From: Minisyncoccota bacterium
GTDB lineage: Bacteria > Patescibacteriota > Minisyncoccia > Phycocordibacterales > UBA12088
Direction of reading: 5' to 3'
DNA: 64,000 nucleotides
Assembly (NCBI GenBank): GCA_041920275.1
Contig: JAYRSE010000001.1
Coordinates: 2,004 to 66,003, forward strand
In this document: positions 38,762 to 49,156 of the stretch, piece by piece
How the letters are laid out: each line of letters starts with the position of its first letter
Position numbering within the stretch: position 1 is the stretch's first letter
Notes under the pieces: model-generated
What the model was told of the DNA's origin: nothing
What the model saw: only the letters and a program-made list of their open reading frames with translations
The model's database searches: none
Made by a program: the position numbers and the translations under genes

Positions 38762-39259
38762 ATGCAGAATTCACAGATACGACACTGGCTTACAAAGATC
38801 ACGGATGTCTTTCGGAGGAGCGGAAGTCGTCATGCTCGTGCAATGAAAGAGAGTGCGCATGATCGAGCCGCCGAGGTGCAAGAGCGTATCGTTGAGCATC
38901 GCATGCAGGAACGAGCGCGAAAGGGGATAAGTGGTCCCGGGGGTATGCGCATACCCGAAGACTGGAGCATGCGGACGCTGGGTGACTTGCGGCGCGTATA
39001 TGCGCTCTCTCGAACGCCTGAGGGTGCGGATACGCTTTCCGACAGCGAATGGGGACTCGTACATCAGGCGGAAAAGATCCTCACCGCCGATGCTCATTCG
39101 CTATCCCCCGAACACCTCGATGTGTTGGCGGGACTTGCATCGGATTCCGAACAACCGGACGAACTTACCCTGCAAACGCTCTTTGACCGTATGCAGGTAC
39201 GCAATGAGCGTATCGAGCGCGTTCGAGTGCAGACGATCAAAGCGAAGGGGCACCTTTAG
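38762..39259 (+). CDS. Hypothetical protein
   Basis: 165-aa ORF from MQNSQIRHW with compositional coding signal and no family assignment. Confidence 0.4.
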   Translation: MQNSQIRHWLTKITDVFRRSGSRHARAMKESAHDRAAEVQERIVEHRMQERARKGISGPGGMRIPEDWSMRTLGDLRRVYALSRTPEGADTLSDSEWGLVHQAEKILTADAHSLSPEHLDVLAGLASDSEQPDELTLQTLFDRMQVRNERIERVRVQTIKAKGHL

Positions 39260-39305
39260 CCCGTATCTAATGTTGCGCGAAAGATGTCCGCGTCCACTCG
39301 CCACG

Positions 39306-39554
39306 TTACCCTTTGTCGGCTCTTGGCGGCATTCCGAGGGTGTGCCTTATTTCCGCCATTGCTTCGGCGTGCGCTTTGGTGAGCCGTGCTTGCTTTTCCA
39401 GCATCGCATCGATCACCGCCTGTTCTTCGGTGGATGTTCCGCATGTCTCTCCCGGTACCTCAACAAGCCCTTGCGCGGCATGCACTTGTTCTATTGTGTC
39501 CAGAGATTTGCGATGTTCTCGGTACAATGCTTCGCCAAAACCCTTATTGCTCAT
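39306..39554 (-). CDS. Small hypothetical protein
   Basis: 82-aa helical ORF MSNKGFGEALYREHRKSLD.. between two genes. Confidence 0.3.
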   Translation of the reverse strand: MSNKGFGEALYREHRKSLDTIEQVHAAQGLVEVPGETCGTSTEEQAVIDAMLEKQARLTKAHAEAMAEIRHTLGMPPRADKG

Positions 39555-39572
39555 ATTGAAGATAACTTTGCA

Positions 39573-40037
39573 TTAGCCCAACACTTGCTCGACAACCTCC
39601 TTGACGAGTGCGCCATCCGCGGTGCCTTTACATGCCGCCATGACCGCACCGGTAAGTTTGCCGATGCCTGAACGGTCGGTAATGCCGAGCTCCGCCATCT
39701 TTGTGCGAACGATACCCTCGATCTCTTCGCGGGTGCGTTGCGGAGGGAGGTACGTTGCCAGTATCTGCGCCTCCGATCCCTCTTTTTCAGCAAGGTCCGG
39801 ACGACCTCCCGTACGGAATTGCTCCGCGGCATCCTTTCGCTGTTTCAGTGCGCGACGTATGACCGAGAGTGTCTCGTTGTCGGAGAGTCGGTCTTGCGGA
39901 GTGCGCTTGGTCGCGGTGAGTTCCTGCATGAACATGGTAAGGAGACCGCGCAGAACGCTCAGGCGCAATTCTTCGCGTGCTTTCATGGCGGCAACCATAT
40001 CGGCACGTACCTGTTCCTGCAGATCCATATCTGTCAT
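39573..40037 (-). CDS. yqeY: GatB/YqeY-domain protein
   Basis: Segments VAAMKAREELRLSVLRGLL...ILATYLP are typical of YqeY. Confidence 0.75.
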   Translation of the reverse strand: MTDMDLQEQVRADMVAAMKAREELRLSVLRGLLTMFMQELTATKRTPQDRLSDNETLSVIRRALKQRKDAAEQFRTGGRPDLAEKEGSEAQILATYLPPQRTREEIEGIVRTKMAELGITDRSGIGKLTGAVMAACKGTADGALVKEVVEQVLG

Positions 40038-40122
40038 GGTAGCACGAAATACGATAACGCGCATGGGGTCGTTGTGGACTACCGTGTTTCGAATATCTCC
40101 GAAAAGCTCTATACTGAGCGCT

Positions 40123-42798
40123 ATGAGTGGCGGGGAAAAGAGTTGGGAACGAATGAATATCGATCAAGTGCGCCGTGTGCTTGCTGTCGACCTTGTGCAG
40201 GGACTTTCCGATGAGGAAGTCGCGCGAAGGAGCCGATTGTACGGAACGAACGAGTTGCGACGTACGAAGCAAGACAGTGTGCTCTCCATCATCGCTCGTC
40301 AGTTCAAGAACCCTCTCGTACTGGTGTTGTGTGCCGCAAGTGTGATAACCGCACTGCTCGGAGAGTCGGTCGATTCCATTGTCATTTTGCTCGCACTTTG
40401 CATAAACGTGCTCGTCGGGACCTTCCAGGAGGAGCGTGCGGGGAAGGCGTTCGAAAAGCTTAACGCATCGCAGGAGCGTCATGCGATCGTGATCCGCAAC
40501 GGAACCCGTGAAAATATCTTAGCGAAGGATCTCGTGCCCGGAGACGTGTTGCTCATGGAGGGTGGCAATTTCGTACCCGCAGATGTGCGCTTGATCGAAG
40601 AGAAAGACCTTCGGGTGAACGAAGCCGCTCTGACGGGCGAGTGGCTTGCGGTCGCCAAGGACGTGGCGCCGCTTGCGAGTGCAGTACCGCTTGCCGAACG
40701 CGCCAATATGGCATGGATGGGTACGCTCATTGAGGCCGGCTATGGCAAGGGTGTCGTGGTCGATACGGGCGCACGCACACAGATCGGGCTGATCGCGAAC
40801 GAGCTAGCGTCGATCGAAGAACAGGTGACCCCGCTCCAGCGGAACATACGATCGATCGCGCATTTCATCTCCTACGCGATCGCGTTCGCATTGTTCTTGA
40901 TCTTTGTTGTGGGAATGGTCAAGGGGTATGCGATACGAGAGATGTTCTTTATCGGCATCGCCGTCGCCGTTGCCGCCGTACCGACCGGGCTTCCCGCCGC
41001 CTTGACGATCGTGCTCGCGATCGGCATGGAGACCATTCTCAAGCGCGGAGGTCTGGTGCGAAACCTGCTCGCGGCGGAGACGCTCGGTAGTACGACCATG
41101 ATACTCACCGACAAGACCGGTACGCTTACGGAGGCACGCATGAAGCTCGCGGGACTTTACAGTCGGCAAGGATCGAAAGATGGTGTGATCGTCCCCGTGG
41201 GCGATAATCGGTTCCTTCTGGAGCTGGCGGTCTTGGCCTCGGATGCGTTCATAGAAGAAAAAGAGGATGCCCCGAACAAGCTTACCGTGCATGGTCGGCC
41301 CATCGAGAAGGCCGTTGCGTTGTGTGGGTTGGAAGTGGGGCTTGTGCAGAGCATCCTGCTCGAGGAAAACCCCTGTATCGATCGGTTGCAATTCACCTCG
41401 GCACGACGGTTCGGCGCATCATTGCATAAGCATCCTCACAAGAAAACCCACCGTCTGATCATAACCGGGGAGCCGGAGAAGCTCATCGAAGCGGCGACCA
41501 CCTGTCGGGTCGAAGGAAAGCGTCAAAAAATGGCCGATGAAGACCGACGAAGGTTCCATGAGACCATGGAACGGCTTGCCGGAGAAGGTAAACGGGTGAT
41601 CGGTGTTGCGTATCGTGACGCAACGTTCGAGCGTATACCCGAGGACGGTGCGGAGGTGAACGAGCTTCCGAAGAATCTCGTCTTGGCGGGTCTTATTGCG
41701 TTCGAAGACCCTATTCGTACGGATGTTCGGGTTGCTGTCGCGGAGGTCCGTGAGGCGGGTGCCCGCGTGATCATGCTCACCGGTGATAATCCGGAAACCG
41801 CTCGTCACATTGCTCGCGAAGTGGGTATTGTCGGGAAGGCGGACGATATGGTGATACGAGGTGCTGAGATCGATGCGTGGGACGACCGAGAGTTGTACAC
41901 GAAACTGCGCACGGTGCGTGTGATCGCGCGAGCATTGCCCGCCCACAAGTTACGGATCGTGCGCTTGTTGAAGGCGCAAGGGGAGGTGGTGGCAATGACA
42001 GGTGACGGGATAAACGACGCACCGGCGTTGCGTGCGGCAAATATCGGGGTATCGGTGGGGAGTGGCACCGAGGTTGCCAAGGAGGCAAGTGATCTGGTAC
42101 TCATTGATGATAGTTTTTCGGTCATTGTGGCCGCTGTCGAGGAGGGGAGACGGATCATGGATAACCTCAAACGGATCATCGCGTTTCTTCTCTCCACCTC
42201 GTTCAGTGAGATCATTCTTATCGCCGGTGCGCTTGCGGGTGGCGTTTCAATCCCGCTTACTCCGGTGCAAATCCTGTGGGCGAACATTGTGGGCGGGGAT
42301 CTTGTGAGTTTTGCGTACGCGTTTGAAAAGAAGGACCCGACCGTTATGCGTCGTGATCCGCGAAGTGCACGTGCGAAGAACATAGTCACAAAAAAGCTCA
42401 TCTCGATGATCGTGATCCTTTCGATCGTTTCCGGCACCACGACCATTCTTCTGTACTACTGGCTGTTGGGAAGAGGGGTTTCGATGGAAGAGATCCGCAC
42501 CATCATGTTCGTCACCATTTCGCTCGACAGTATTTTCTTCAGCTTTTCTTTGAAAGCGTTCGACACTCCCGTGTGGCGTGTCAACATATTCGACAATCGA
42601 TACCTGTTGGGTACGCTTTCCTTCAGTCTCGTACTTCTGATCATTGCATTGTTCTTCGCTCCCATGCGGGAACTGCTTTCACTCGTTACGCTTGCGCCGT
42701 GGGAATTCGGACTCTTGCTCGGCGTCGGTCTCTTTAACTTGGCAACGATCGAGGTGGTAAAATGGGCGTATTTTCAGCGGTCGGCACGCAACTCGTAG
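40123..42798 (+). CDS. Cation-transporting P-type ATPase (type II, Ca2+-ATPase-like)
   Basis: DKTGTLT phosphorylation site, TGDN and GDGINDAPAL motifs, 10 TM helices. Start is the internal ATG of a long read-through ORF. Confidence 0.85.
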   Translation: MSGGEKSWERMNIDQVRRVLAVDLVQGLSDEEVARRSRLYGTNELRRTKQDSVLSIIARQFKNPLVLVLCAASVITALLGESVDSIVILLALCINVLVGTFQEERAGKAFEKLNASQERHAIVIRNGTRENILAKDLVPGDVLLMEGGNFVPADVRLIEEKDLRVNEAALTGEWLAVAKDVAPLASAVPLAERANMAWMGTLIEAGYGKGVVVDTGARTQIGLIANELASIEEQVTPLQRNIRSIAHFISYAIAFALFLIFVVGMVKGYAIREMFFIGIAVAVAAVPTGLPAALTIVLAIGMETILKRGGLVRNLLAAETLGSTTMILTDKTGTLTEARMKLAGLYSRQGSKDGVIVPVGDNRFLLELAVLASDAFIEEKEDAPNKLTVHGRPIEKAVALCGLEVGLVQSILLEENPCIDRLQFTSARRFGASLHKHPHKKTHRLIITGEPEKLIEAATTCRVEGKRQKMADEDRRRFHETMERLAGEGKRVIGVAYRDATFERIPEDGAEVNELPKNLVLAGLIAFEDPIRTDVRVAVAEVREAGARVIMLTGDNPETARHIAREVGIVGKADDMVIRGAEIDAWDDRELYTKLRTVRVIARALPAHKLRIVRLLKAQGEVVAMTGDGINDAPALRAANIGVSVGSGTEVAKEASDLVLIDDSFSVIVAAVEEGRRIMDNLKRIIAFLLSTSFSEIILIAGALAGGVSIPLTPVQILWANIVGGDLVSFAYAFEKKDPTVMRRDPRSARAKNIVTKKLISMIVILSIVSGTTTILLYYWLLGRGVSMEEIRTIMFVTISLDSIFFSFSLKAFDTPVWRVNIFDNRYLLGTLSFSLVLLIIALFFAPMRELLSLVTLAPWEFGLLLGVGLFNLATIEVVKWAYFQRSARNS

Positions 42799-42892
42799 CC
42801 CCGCCCGGGCGTCGCTCCGAGGCGTTGTTTTTTGTGCGGAATTCGGGTATATCTTAGGTGGAGAATAAATCACCAGCACTGCGGAGGTCACG

Positions 42893-43579
42893 ATGCAAAG
42901 GGTTCTGGAGGTTCCGCCGTCGTTTGAAGCGGCAATGCGGAGTTTGCTTTCGCACCATGCGGATAGGTTGATCGACCTCATTCCGCTTGATCACTGTACG
43001 GTCTGTACCGCCACACAAACGAACGGTGCATTCCCGGTCAGAATATTCTTGGAGCGGGACATGGTCGATGTGCGGGGTGTTACCGGTTCACGGAGCACCG
43101 CGAACCGAGCGAGGAAGGTGATAGGGTCGGCAAGGTGTCAGTTTGCCGCGCAGCATACGGGTTCGCGATTGCACATCTATCAAAAATCCTTGAGCAAGTA
43201 CGCGCAAGAACATCCGTGTTGTCACGATGTGGTGTATTACATACCCCGCATACCCGCTCTCCACTCCCCGAATGAGGTCTTCACGGAGCGGTGTCGGATC
43301 CACAATCTTGTGTGCCGGTGGGTTGGAGCGTTAAAGATGGGCGGGGTGCTCGTAGTGGTGCTCGTCAACCCTTGCACACATCTCACGTTCGAGTTCCGCA
43401 ACACGCTCGCACGATGTGTCAGACACGCGCTCGAATTCGCAGGTGCTTCTTTGCGGGAAGAGTGCGTGCTCGACCTGCCGGATCTTGATGTTCCGGAGGG
43501 GCGTACGGACGAGCAAATACGTGTCGCCCGTTCCTGTCTGCTGCTTGTCGGACAAGGAGGGGAAGGAGGGCTGTGTTAA
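42893..43579 (+). CDS. Cys/His-rich hypothetical protein
   Basis: Strong RBS GGAGG 6 nt before the ATG. Hairpin terminator immediately after the TAA stop. Confidence 0.4.
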   Translation: MQRVLEVPPSFEAAMRSLLSHHADRLIDLIPLDHCTVCTATQTNGAFPVRIFLERDMVDVRGVTGSRSTANRARKVIGSARCQFAAQHTGSRLHIYQKSLSKYAQEHPCCHDVVYYIPRIPALHSPNEVFTERCRIHNLVCRWVGALKMGGVLVVVLVNPCTHLTFEFRNTLARCVRHALEFAGASLREECVLDLPDLDVPEGRTDEQIRVARSCLLLVGQGGEGGLC

Positions 43580-43585
43580 GCCCGC

Positions 43586-43613
43586 GGGGTCGTTTCAATG
43601 CGACCCCTTTCGT
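43586..43613 (+). terminator. Hairpin GGGGTCG-loop-CGACCCC followed by TTT
   Basis: Perfect 7-bp stem after the stop of the preceding ORF. Confidence 0.4.
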
Positions 43614-43649
43614 ATACAGACCGATCTCTTCGCGGTACAATGGGTACCT

Positions 43650-44714
43650 ATGGAGCCATTGATCGCAGTACTTGTCGTACTTCTCATCGCCAATGTCGTG
43701 CTTGTTTTCATGTTGGTGCGCGGACGTGAAAAGAAGGATGATGGTTCGGCGCTTTTACTCCAGCAGCAGCTTCAAGAACTTTCACGAACGCTCGATACTC
43801 GGCTTTCCGAGTCGACCCGTCATGTGCAGCAGTCGCTTCAGAACCAGCTCTCCGAAAGCGCCTCGCTCGTTCGAGAGGTCACCGCAGGACTCACCAAACT
43901 CGATGAGACCAACCGGCAGGTCGTGTCGTTCGCCGATGAGCTTCAGAACTTGCAGGATATTCTAAAAAACCCGAAACAACGCGGGGTACTCGGGGAGTAC
44001 TACTTGGAGACCGTGCTCAAGAACGTGCTTCCTCCGGGTCGTTTTCAAATGCAGTACGCGTTTGCGGACGGGGACGTTGTTGATGCCGCCGTATTTTTGG
44101 ACAAAGGAAAAGTGCTTCCCATTGATTCGAAGTTCTCGCTCGAGAATTATAACCGTCTCATAGAGACGCGAGACCATGCGGAGCGGGACCGTCTCGAAAA
44201 GTCTTTCCGTCAGGATCTCAAACAACGTATTGATGAGACGTCGAAGTATATTCGACCTCGCGAGAATACCATGGACTTCGCGTTCATGTTCATTCCGAGC
44301 GAGGGCATCTACTACGATCTTTTGGTGAACCAAGTGGGAGCGATGCGTTCGACGAGCCGTGACTTGCTTGAGTATGCATTTCGAGACAAGAAGGTCATCA
44401 TTGTTTCCCCGACAAGCTTTTTGGCATACCTTCAGACCGTGCTCCAGGGACTGCGCGCACTTGAGATAGAGGAGGGTGCCAAGGAGATACGCAAGAATGT
44501 TGAACAGCTCGGTCGGCACCTGCAAACGTACGCCGATTTTCATACAAAGCTGGGCGCTTCACTTGCAACCACGGTGAATCATTACAATGCCTCGGGAAAG
44601 GAGTTCTTGAAGATCGACAAGGATGTGCTGCGCATCACTTCGGAGAGTCCGGAGCTCACGCATGGTGCGGTGGAGCGTCCGCTGCCGACGGGAGAGCGCG
44701 AAAATGACCGCTAG
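43650..44714 (+). CDS. rmuC: DNA recombination protein RmuC
   Basis: N-terminal TM, long coiled-coil, C-terminal RmuC nuclease-like domain (FMFIPSEGIYYDLL). Confidence 0.8.
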   Translation: MEPLIAVLVVLLIANVVLVFMLVRGREKKDDGSALLLQQQLQELSRTLDTRLSESTRHVQQSLQNQLSESASLVREVTAGLTKLDETNRQVVSFADELQNLQDILKNPKQRGVLGEYYLETVLKNVLPPGRFQMQYAFADGDVVDAAVFLDKGKVLPIDSKFSLENYNRLIETRDHAERDRLEKSFRQDLKQRIDETSKYIRPRENTMDFAFMFIPSEGIYYDLLVNQVGAMRSTSRDLLEYAFRDKKVIIVSPTSFLAYLQTVLQGLRALEIEEGAKEIRKNVEQLGRHLQTYADFHTKLGASLATTVNHYNASGKEFLKIDKDVLRITSESPELTHGAVERPLPTGERENDR

Positions 44715-44761
44715 TGTCGAGTGCGGTTGCATTTTTAGCGATCCGGTGTATAATGGATGTA

Positions 44762-45073
44762 ATGGCATTTGCTATTGTCGAAACGGGCGGAAAGCAGTAT
44801 CGCATCACCGAGGGCGATGTGTTTCGTGTGGAAAAACTCGCCGGTCACAAGGCCGGAGACACGGTCGTGTTCGACAAGGTGTTGCTTGTGGATGATGGCG
44901 AGGAGACGGTCGTCGGCACTCCGTACATCGAGGGCAAGACGATCGAGGTGACACTGATCGAAGAAGGAAAAGGCAAGAAGCTGCATATACAGAAGTTCAA
45001 ATCCAAGAGCCGCTACAAGAGGCGTCTCGGTCATCGTCAGGTTTTCTCGAAAGTACAGGCGAGCGCACTTTAA
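44762..45073 (+). CDS. rplU: 50S ribosomal protein L21
   Basis: MAFAIVETGGKQYRITEGDVFRVEKL..KSKSRYKRRLGHRQ is canonical bL21. Confidence 0.85.
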   Translation: MAFAIVETGGKQYRITEGDVFRVEKLAGHKAGDTVVFDKVLLVDDGEETVVGTPYIEGKTIEVTLIEEGKGKKLHIQKFKSKSRYKRRLGHRQVFSKVQASAL

Positions 45074-45096
45074 GTGTAGGCGATATTGCGGAGTGT

Positions 45097-45117
45097 ACCG
45101 CGGGAGCGGTTTTTTTG
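45097..45117 (+). terminator. Rho-independent terminator ACCGC-ggga-GCGGT + TTTTTTT
   Basis: Stem-loop plus U-run 24 nt after the rplU stop. Confidence 0.55.
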
Positions 45118-45280
45118 TGTTCGGAACTCAATATCGCCGGTGTAGGCACTTGACCGTGTCGAACAAGGAACGGATGACGGTGTCAAGGTATGGTGTGCCG
45201 GGGTATATGGTACCGTATGGGTGATGACAGGTCTTCAATTGATGTGGTGAAGCCTTTCGCGAATAATCGATCATTTTTCC

Positions 45281-47101
45281 ATGTGCGGTATCATCGGATA
45301 TACGGGCGTACGGCCGGCAAGCCCCATCCTGCTCGACGGTCTTCGTTTGATGGAGTATCGAGGGTATGACTCCGCGGGGATCTATGTCCCGGGCTCCGGT
45401 GTGTTCAAGGCGGTCGGTCCGGTACAGAACCTGTCCGATACGATTCCCGGTCTGCTGCCGTGGAATGCCGGTATCGGCCACACGCGTTGGGCAACTCACG
45501 GGGTGCCGAACACCGCGAACGCGCATCCACATTCCGACGCTCGTGGTAGGATCTGGCTCGTACACAACGGTATCATAGAAAATTTTACGGAGTTGCGAGA
45601 CATGCTTGTTCGGCGGGGACATGTGTTCTTGTCCGAGACGGATACCGAGGTGCTCGCGCACTGTATCGGTGAAGAGTATGATAAAACACATGACCTCGCT
45701 CGCGCGGTGACCTCCGCATTCATGTACGTGCGTGGCACGTACGGCATCGCGGTCATGAGCGAAGATGAACCGGATACGATACTTGCCGCTCGAATGGGAA
45801 GTCCGATCGCGATCGGGATCAAAGATGCGGAATATATCGTCGCGAGCGATACTGCGCCGCTCTTGCGACATACCCAGCAAGTGCTCTATTTGAGCGATGG
45901 TGAGTACGCGCTCTTGAAGCCGAGCGGATATGTGGTTTGCAGCTTCGACCATGAAAAGCGGTCGCCGGATATCCAGATGCTCACCATGTCCGTTGACGCG
46001 GTGCAAAAGGGCGGGTACCCGCACTTCATGCTCAAGGAGATCATGGAAATTCCACACGTGCTCGAAAATAGCGCACGTGGCAGAATCGTGGTCGTTGATG
46101 GTACCGCGCGTCTCGGTGGTCTGGATGCGCATGCCGAACTGTTGCGAAAGGTCACACGCATGACCATTGTCGGATGCGGATCCGCATACTACGCGGGCAT
46201 GGTCGGCAAGTTGCTGTTCGAAGATCTGGCGGGCATTCCCGCGGAGATCGAGATCGCATCGGAGTACCGTCATCGAACCATCGTGCCTCAGGCGCACCAT
46301 GCCGCACTGTTCATTTCGCAGTCGGGTGAGACGGCTGATACGCTGGCGTCCTTGCGCGCCGTGAAGCGTGTCGGTATGCCGACCATCGGCATTGTGAACG
46401 TGGTCGGTTCGACCATAGCGCGAGAGACCGATATGGGAGTGTACAATCATGCAGGTCCCGAGATCGGCGTCGCCTCAACGAAGGCGTTCTTGAGTCAGCT
46501 CGAAGTCCTCACCCTTGTTGCGATCGCTCTCGGTCGGACGCGCGGCCTTTCCGAAGCGAGAGGTGCGGGTATCCTTCTCGAACTCAGGGAGCTCAAGGGT
46601 AAGGTTGAGCGGATACTCGAACAACGTGAAGTAATTCGGCGTCTGGCAGAGGAGTATCTCGGGTATGACGATTTTCTTTACCTGGGTCGCGGGTACAATG
46701 TTGCGACCGCGTACGAAGGGGCGTTGAAGTTGAAAGAGGTCTCGTATGTCCACGCGGAAGGGTATCCTGCGGGTGAGATGAAACACGGTCCGATCGCCAT
46801 GATCGACGAGACCTTTCCTTCGATCGTCATTGTGCCCGGCGATCAATACTACGAAAAAAATCGGAGTGCGATCCAAGAATTGCGCGCACGTTCGGGAAGG
46901 GTCCTTGCGATCGCGACCGAAGGCGATAGCGACATCGCCCGTTTGGTCGATGATGTGTTCCATATTCCCGATACGATGGAGATGTTGACACCGATACTCG
47001 CCAACGTGCCGTTGCAATTGTTCGCATATTACATGGGCGTCTTGCGCGGGTTCAATGTCGACCGTCCGCGCAACCTCGCAAAAAGCGTTACCGTGGAGTG
47101 A
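45281..47101 (+). CDS. glmS: Glutamine--fructose-6-phosphate aminotransferase
   Basis: N-terminal MCGIIGY (Cys2 nucleophile) and two SIS domains. 606 aa. Confidence 0.9.
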   Translation: MCGIIGYTGVRPASPILLDGLRLMEYRGYDSAGIYVPGSGVFKAVGPVQNLSDTIPGLLPWNAGIGHTRWATHGVPNTANAHPHSDARGRIWLVHNGIIENFTELRDMLVRRGHVFLSETDTEVLAHCIGEEYDKTHDLARAVTSAFMYVRGTYGIAVMSEDEPDTILAARMGSPIAIGIKDAEYIVASDTAPLLRHTQQVLYLSDGEYALLKPSGYVVCSFDHEKRSPDIQMLTMSVDAVQKGGYPHFMLKEIMEIPHVLENSARGRIVVVDGTARLGGLDAHAELLRKVTRMTIVGCGSAYYAGMVGKLLFEDLAGIPAEIEIASEYRHRTIVPQAHHAALFISQSGETADTLASLRAVKRVGMPTIGIVNVVGSTIARETDMGVYNHAGPEIGVASTKAFLSQLEVLTLVAIALGRTRGLSEARGAGILLELRELKGKVERILEQREVIRRLAEEYLGYDDFLYLGRGYNVATAYEGALKLKEVSYVHAEGYPAGEMKHGPIAMIDETFPSIVIVPGDQYYEKNRSAIQELRARSGRVLAIATEGDSDIARLVDDVFHIPDTMEMLTPILANVPLQLFAYYMGVLRGFNVDRPRNLAKSVTVE

Positions 47102-47180
47102 TGGCGCATGAAAGGATCGAACCCGCCCGTGCGTTATAAGGGTAGCGCGGTGTTTATGAGTATCTTAAAACGATCCCCCT

Positions 47181-48446
47181 ATGAAACTGCGATACGGTGA
47201 AGTGTTTCGGTCGTTGCATCTTTCGAACGAAGTGTTACGTACGGTAGTGGTCGCCACCGCGACCTCTGCGGCGTTTGTGCTTCTCGTGGCGGGTTTTGCG
47301 TATCGGTACCGCTTCGAGTTGTTCCCGGATATGGCGGCAGGTGTGGGCGAGCGATCGGTCTCTGAAATGGAGGCGTATACTCGTGCGACTGAGCCGATAG
47401 TCGACGTGGTGGCGCGAGCGAGCGATGCGGTGGTGTCGGTCGTTATCACCAAGGACATACCCGTACTGGAGCGATATTACGAACGCGTCAATCCGTTCGA
47501 GGACTTTGGTTTTTTCGGCGGTGGGTTCGAAGTGCCTCGTGTGCGCCAATTGGGTACCGAGGAGCGCGAGGTGGGTGGCGGCACCGGTTTCTTCGTGTCG
47601 GATGACGGCCTGTTGGTTACCAACCGTCATGTCGTCGAAGATGAAGAAGCTCGGTACAGTATCGTCACGAATGCGGGAACGCATTACGAAGCGGAAGTGT
47701 TGGTGCGTGACACGCGTTTGGACATCGCGATACTGCGTGTGGAAGATGTTCCGAAGGAGGAGTATTCGCCCCTTGTGTTCGGCGATTCGAGCGCGCTCCT
47801 TCCGGGGCAAACCGTGATCGCGATCGGGAACGCACTTACGGAGTTTCGTAATTCGGTGTCGGTAGGGGTCGTCTCCGGGCTTTCACGAACGATCACGGCG
47901 GGGGATCGCTACGGCGGCCGTACCGAGCGTCTCGACGGTGTCATCCAAACCGATGCGGCGATAAACCCGGGTAACAGCGGTGGGCCGCTTCTCGACCTTA
48001 CCGGTGCGGTCGTGGGTGTCAATGTGGCCGTTGCGGGAGGTGCGGAGAACATCGGTTTCGCGATCCCCGCACAGGTGGTCGCAAGCGCGGTCGCGTCGGT
48101 GCAAGAGCATGGTGAGATCCGTAGACCGTATCTCGGTGTTCGGTATATTGAACTCTCCGATACGATCGCGCGAAACAATGAGTTGCCGGTCTCCTACGGC
48201 GCATGGTTGAAAGGAGGTGTTGACGGTCCGGCGATCATCAAGGACTCGCCGGCGGCTCGTGCCGGGCTGGTCGAGAACGACATCATTGTTTCTTTTGGCG
48301 GGGTCTCGCTCGAAAAGAGGTCGCTCGCCGCGTCGGTGCAAGAGCATGCGGTGGGCGAACGTGTCAAGGTGGAATACCTGCGAGAGGGTGAGCGGCACAC
48401 CGCCGAAGTCGCTCTTGAACGTATGCCGGAGGGGCAGGGCGAGTAG
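47181..48446 (+). CDS. htrA: HtrA/DegP-family serine protease with PDZ domain
   Basis: Catalytic triad context with GNSGGPL. C-terminal PDZ domain. Confidence 0.85.
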   Translation: MKLRYGEVFRSLHLSNEVLRTVVVATATSAAFVLLVAGFAYRYRFELFPDMAAGVGERSVSEMEAYTRATEPIVDVVARASDAVVSVVITKDIPVLERYYERVNPFEDFGFFGGGFEVPRVRQLGTEEREVGGGTGFFVSDDGLLVTNRHVVEDEEARYSIVTNAGTHYEAEVLVRDTRLDIAILRVEDVPKEEYSPLVFGDSSALLPGQTVIAIGNALTEFRNSVSVGVVSGLSRTITAGDRYGGRTERLDGVIQTDAAINPGNSGGPLLDLTGAVVGVNVAVAGGAENIGFAIPAQVVASAVASVQEHGEIRRPYLGVRYIELSDTIARNNELPVSYGAWLKGGVDGPAIIKDSPAARAGLVENDIIVSFGGVSLEKRSLAASVQEHAVGERVKVEYLREGERHTAEVALERMPEGQGE

Positions 48447-48471
48447 TGTCGATCGCCGATCTCGGAAGCTT

Positions 48472-49125
48472 TCAAATGGTGCGTCCTCGCAGTGCGTTTC
48501 TCATGGTTTCGGCATCGACATACTCGAGTTCCGTGCCGGTCGATAGGCCGCGCCCGAGGACGGTGACCCGTATATTGTGAGAACGTATGAGCGGCGTAAG
48601 ACGTTCTTTCAGATATTGCGCGGTGTCTTCACCTTCCGTTGTGGCCGAGAGTGCGAATATGACCTCCGAAATCGTTCCCCCATCCTTCTCACCTCGTGCC
48701 CCGTCTCGATCTGTCGCAGTGTTCCGTATGCGTTGCTCGAGGTCTCGGATTCGGATCTTCGCTTCGGGATCCTTGTCGAGCGCACTTACGGTCCCGCCGA
48801 GTACGAAGTACAAACCTCGGTACACACCGGTGCGTTCGATGTTCTCAAGATCGACGTCCTTTTCCACGAGCATGAGCGTATTCGTTTCGCGTGTCGTGTT
48901 CATACATATCGGACATTCCGTATGTCCGGAAGATGGGAACATGCGCATGCAGCGCGAGCAGAGTGCCACTTCCGAACGGGCGCGCACGATGGTCTGTGCG
49001 AGCGATTGCACCCAGGGTCGTTCTTTGCGTACGATGAAAAGCGCCAAGCGTCTCGCCTGACGTGGACCGATGCCGGGCAGCCCGCGCAACATTTCGGTGA
49101 GTTCGTCCAATGTGTTGGCTGCCAT
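48472..49125 (-). CDS. recR: Recombination protein RecR
   Basis: HhH N-terminus LPGIGPRQARRLA, C4 zinc finger, Toprim domain. Confidence 0.85.
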   Translation of the reverse strand: MAANTLDELTEMLRGLPGIGPRQARRLALFIVRKERPWVQSLAQTIVRARSEVALCSRCMRMFPSSGHTECPICMNTTRETNTLMLVEKDVDLENIERTGVYRGLYFVLGGTVSALDKDPEAKIRIRDLEQRIRNTATDRDGARGEKDGGTISEVIFALSATTEGEDTAQYLKERLTPLIRSHNIRVTVLGRGLSTGTELEYVDAETMRNALRGRTI

Positions 49126-49156
49126 ACGATGTTCTTGTCGACCCGATCCGATGATC

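Noticed and set aside
42800-43650. RNase P RNA, tmRNA or other housekeeping ncRNA in the 850-bp gap
   Set aside because: No P4-type GGAAAGUCCGG or tmRNA tag or acceptor features. The gap is better explained by an RBS-equipped ORF plus terminator.
45074-45280. glmS ribozyme upstream of glmS
   Set aside because: The region has only a terminator hairpin, enclosed by a 10-bp long-range inverted repeat GGCGATATTG/CAATATCGCC. None of the conserved glmS ribozyme core sequences are present.
45128-46450. 440-aa minus-strand ORF
   Set aside because: Antisense to glmS, which has unambiguous motifs.
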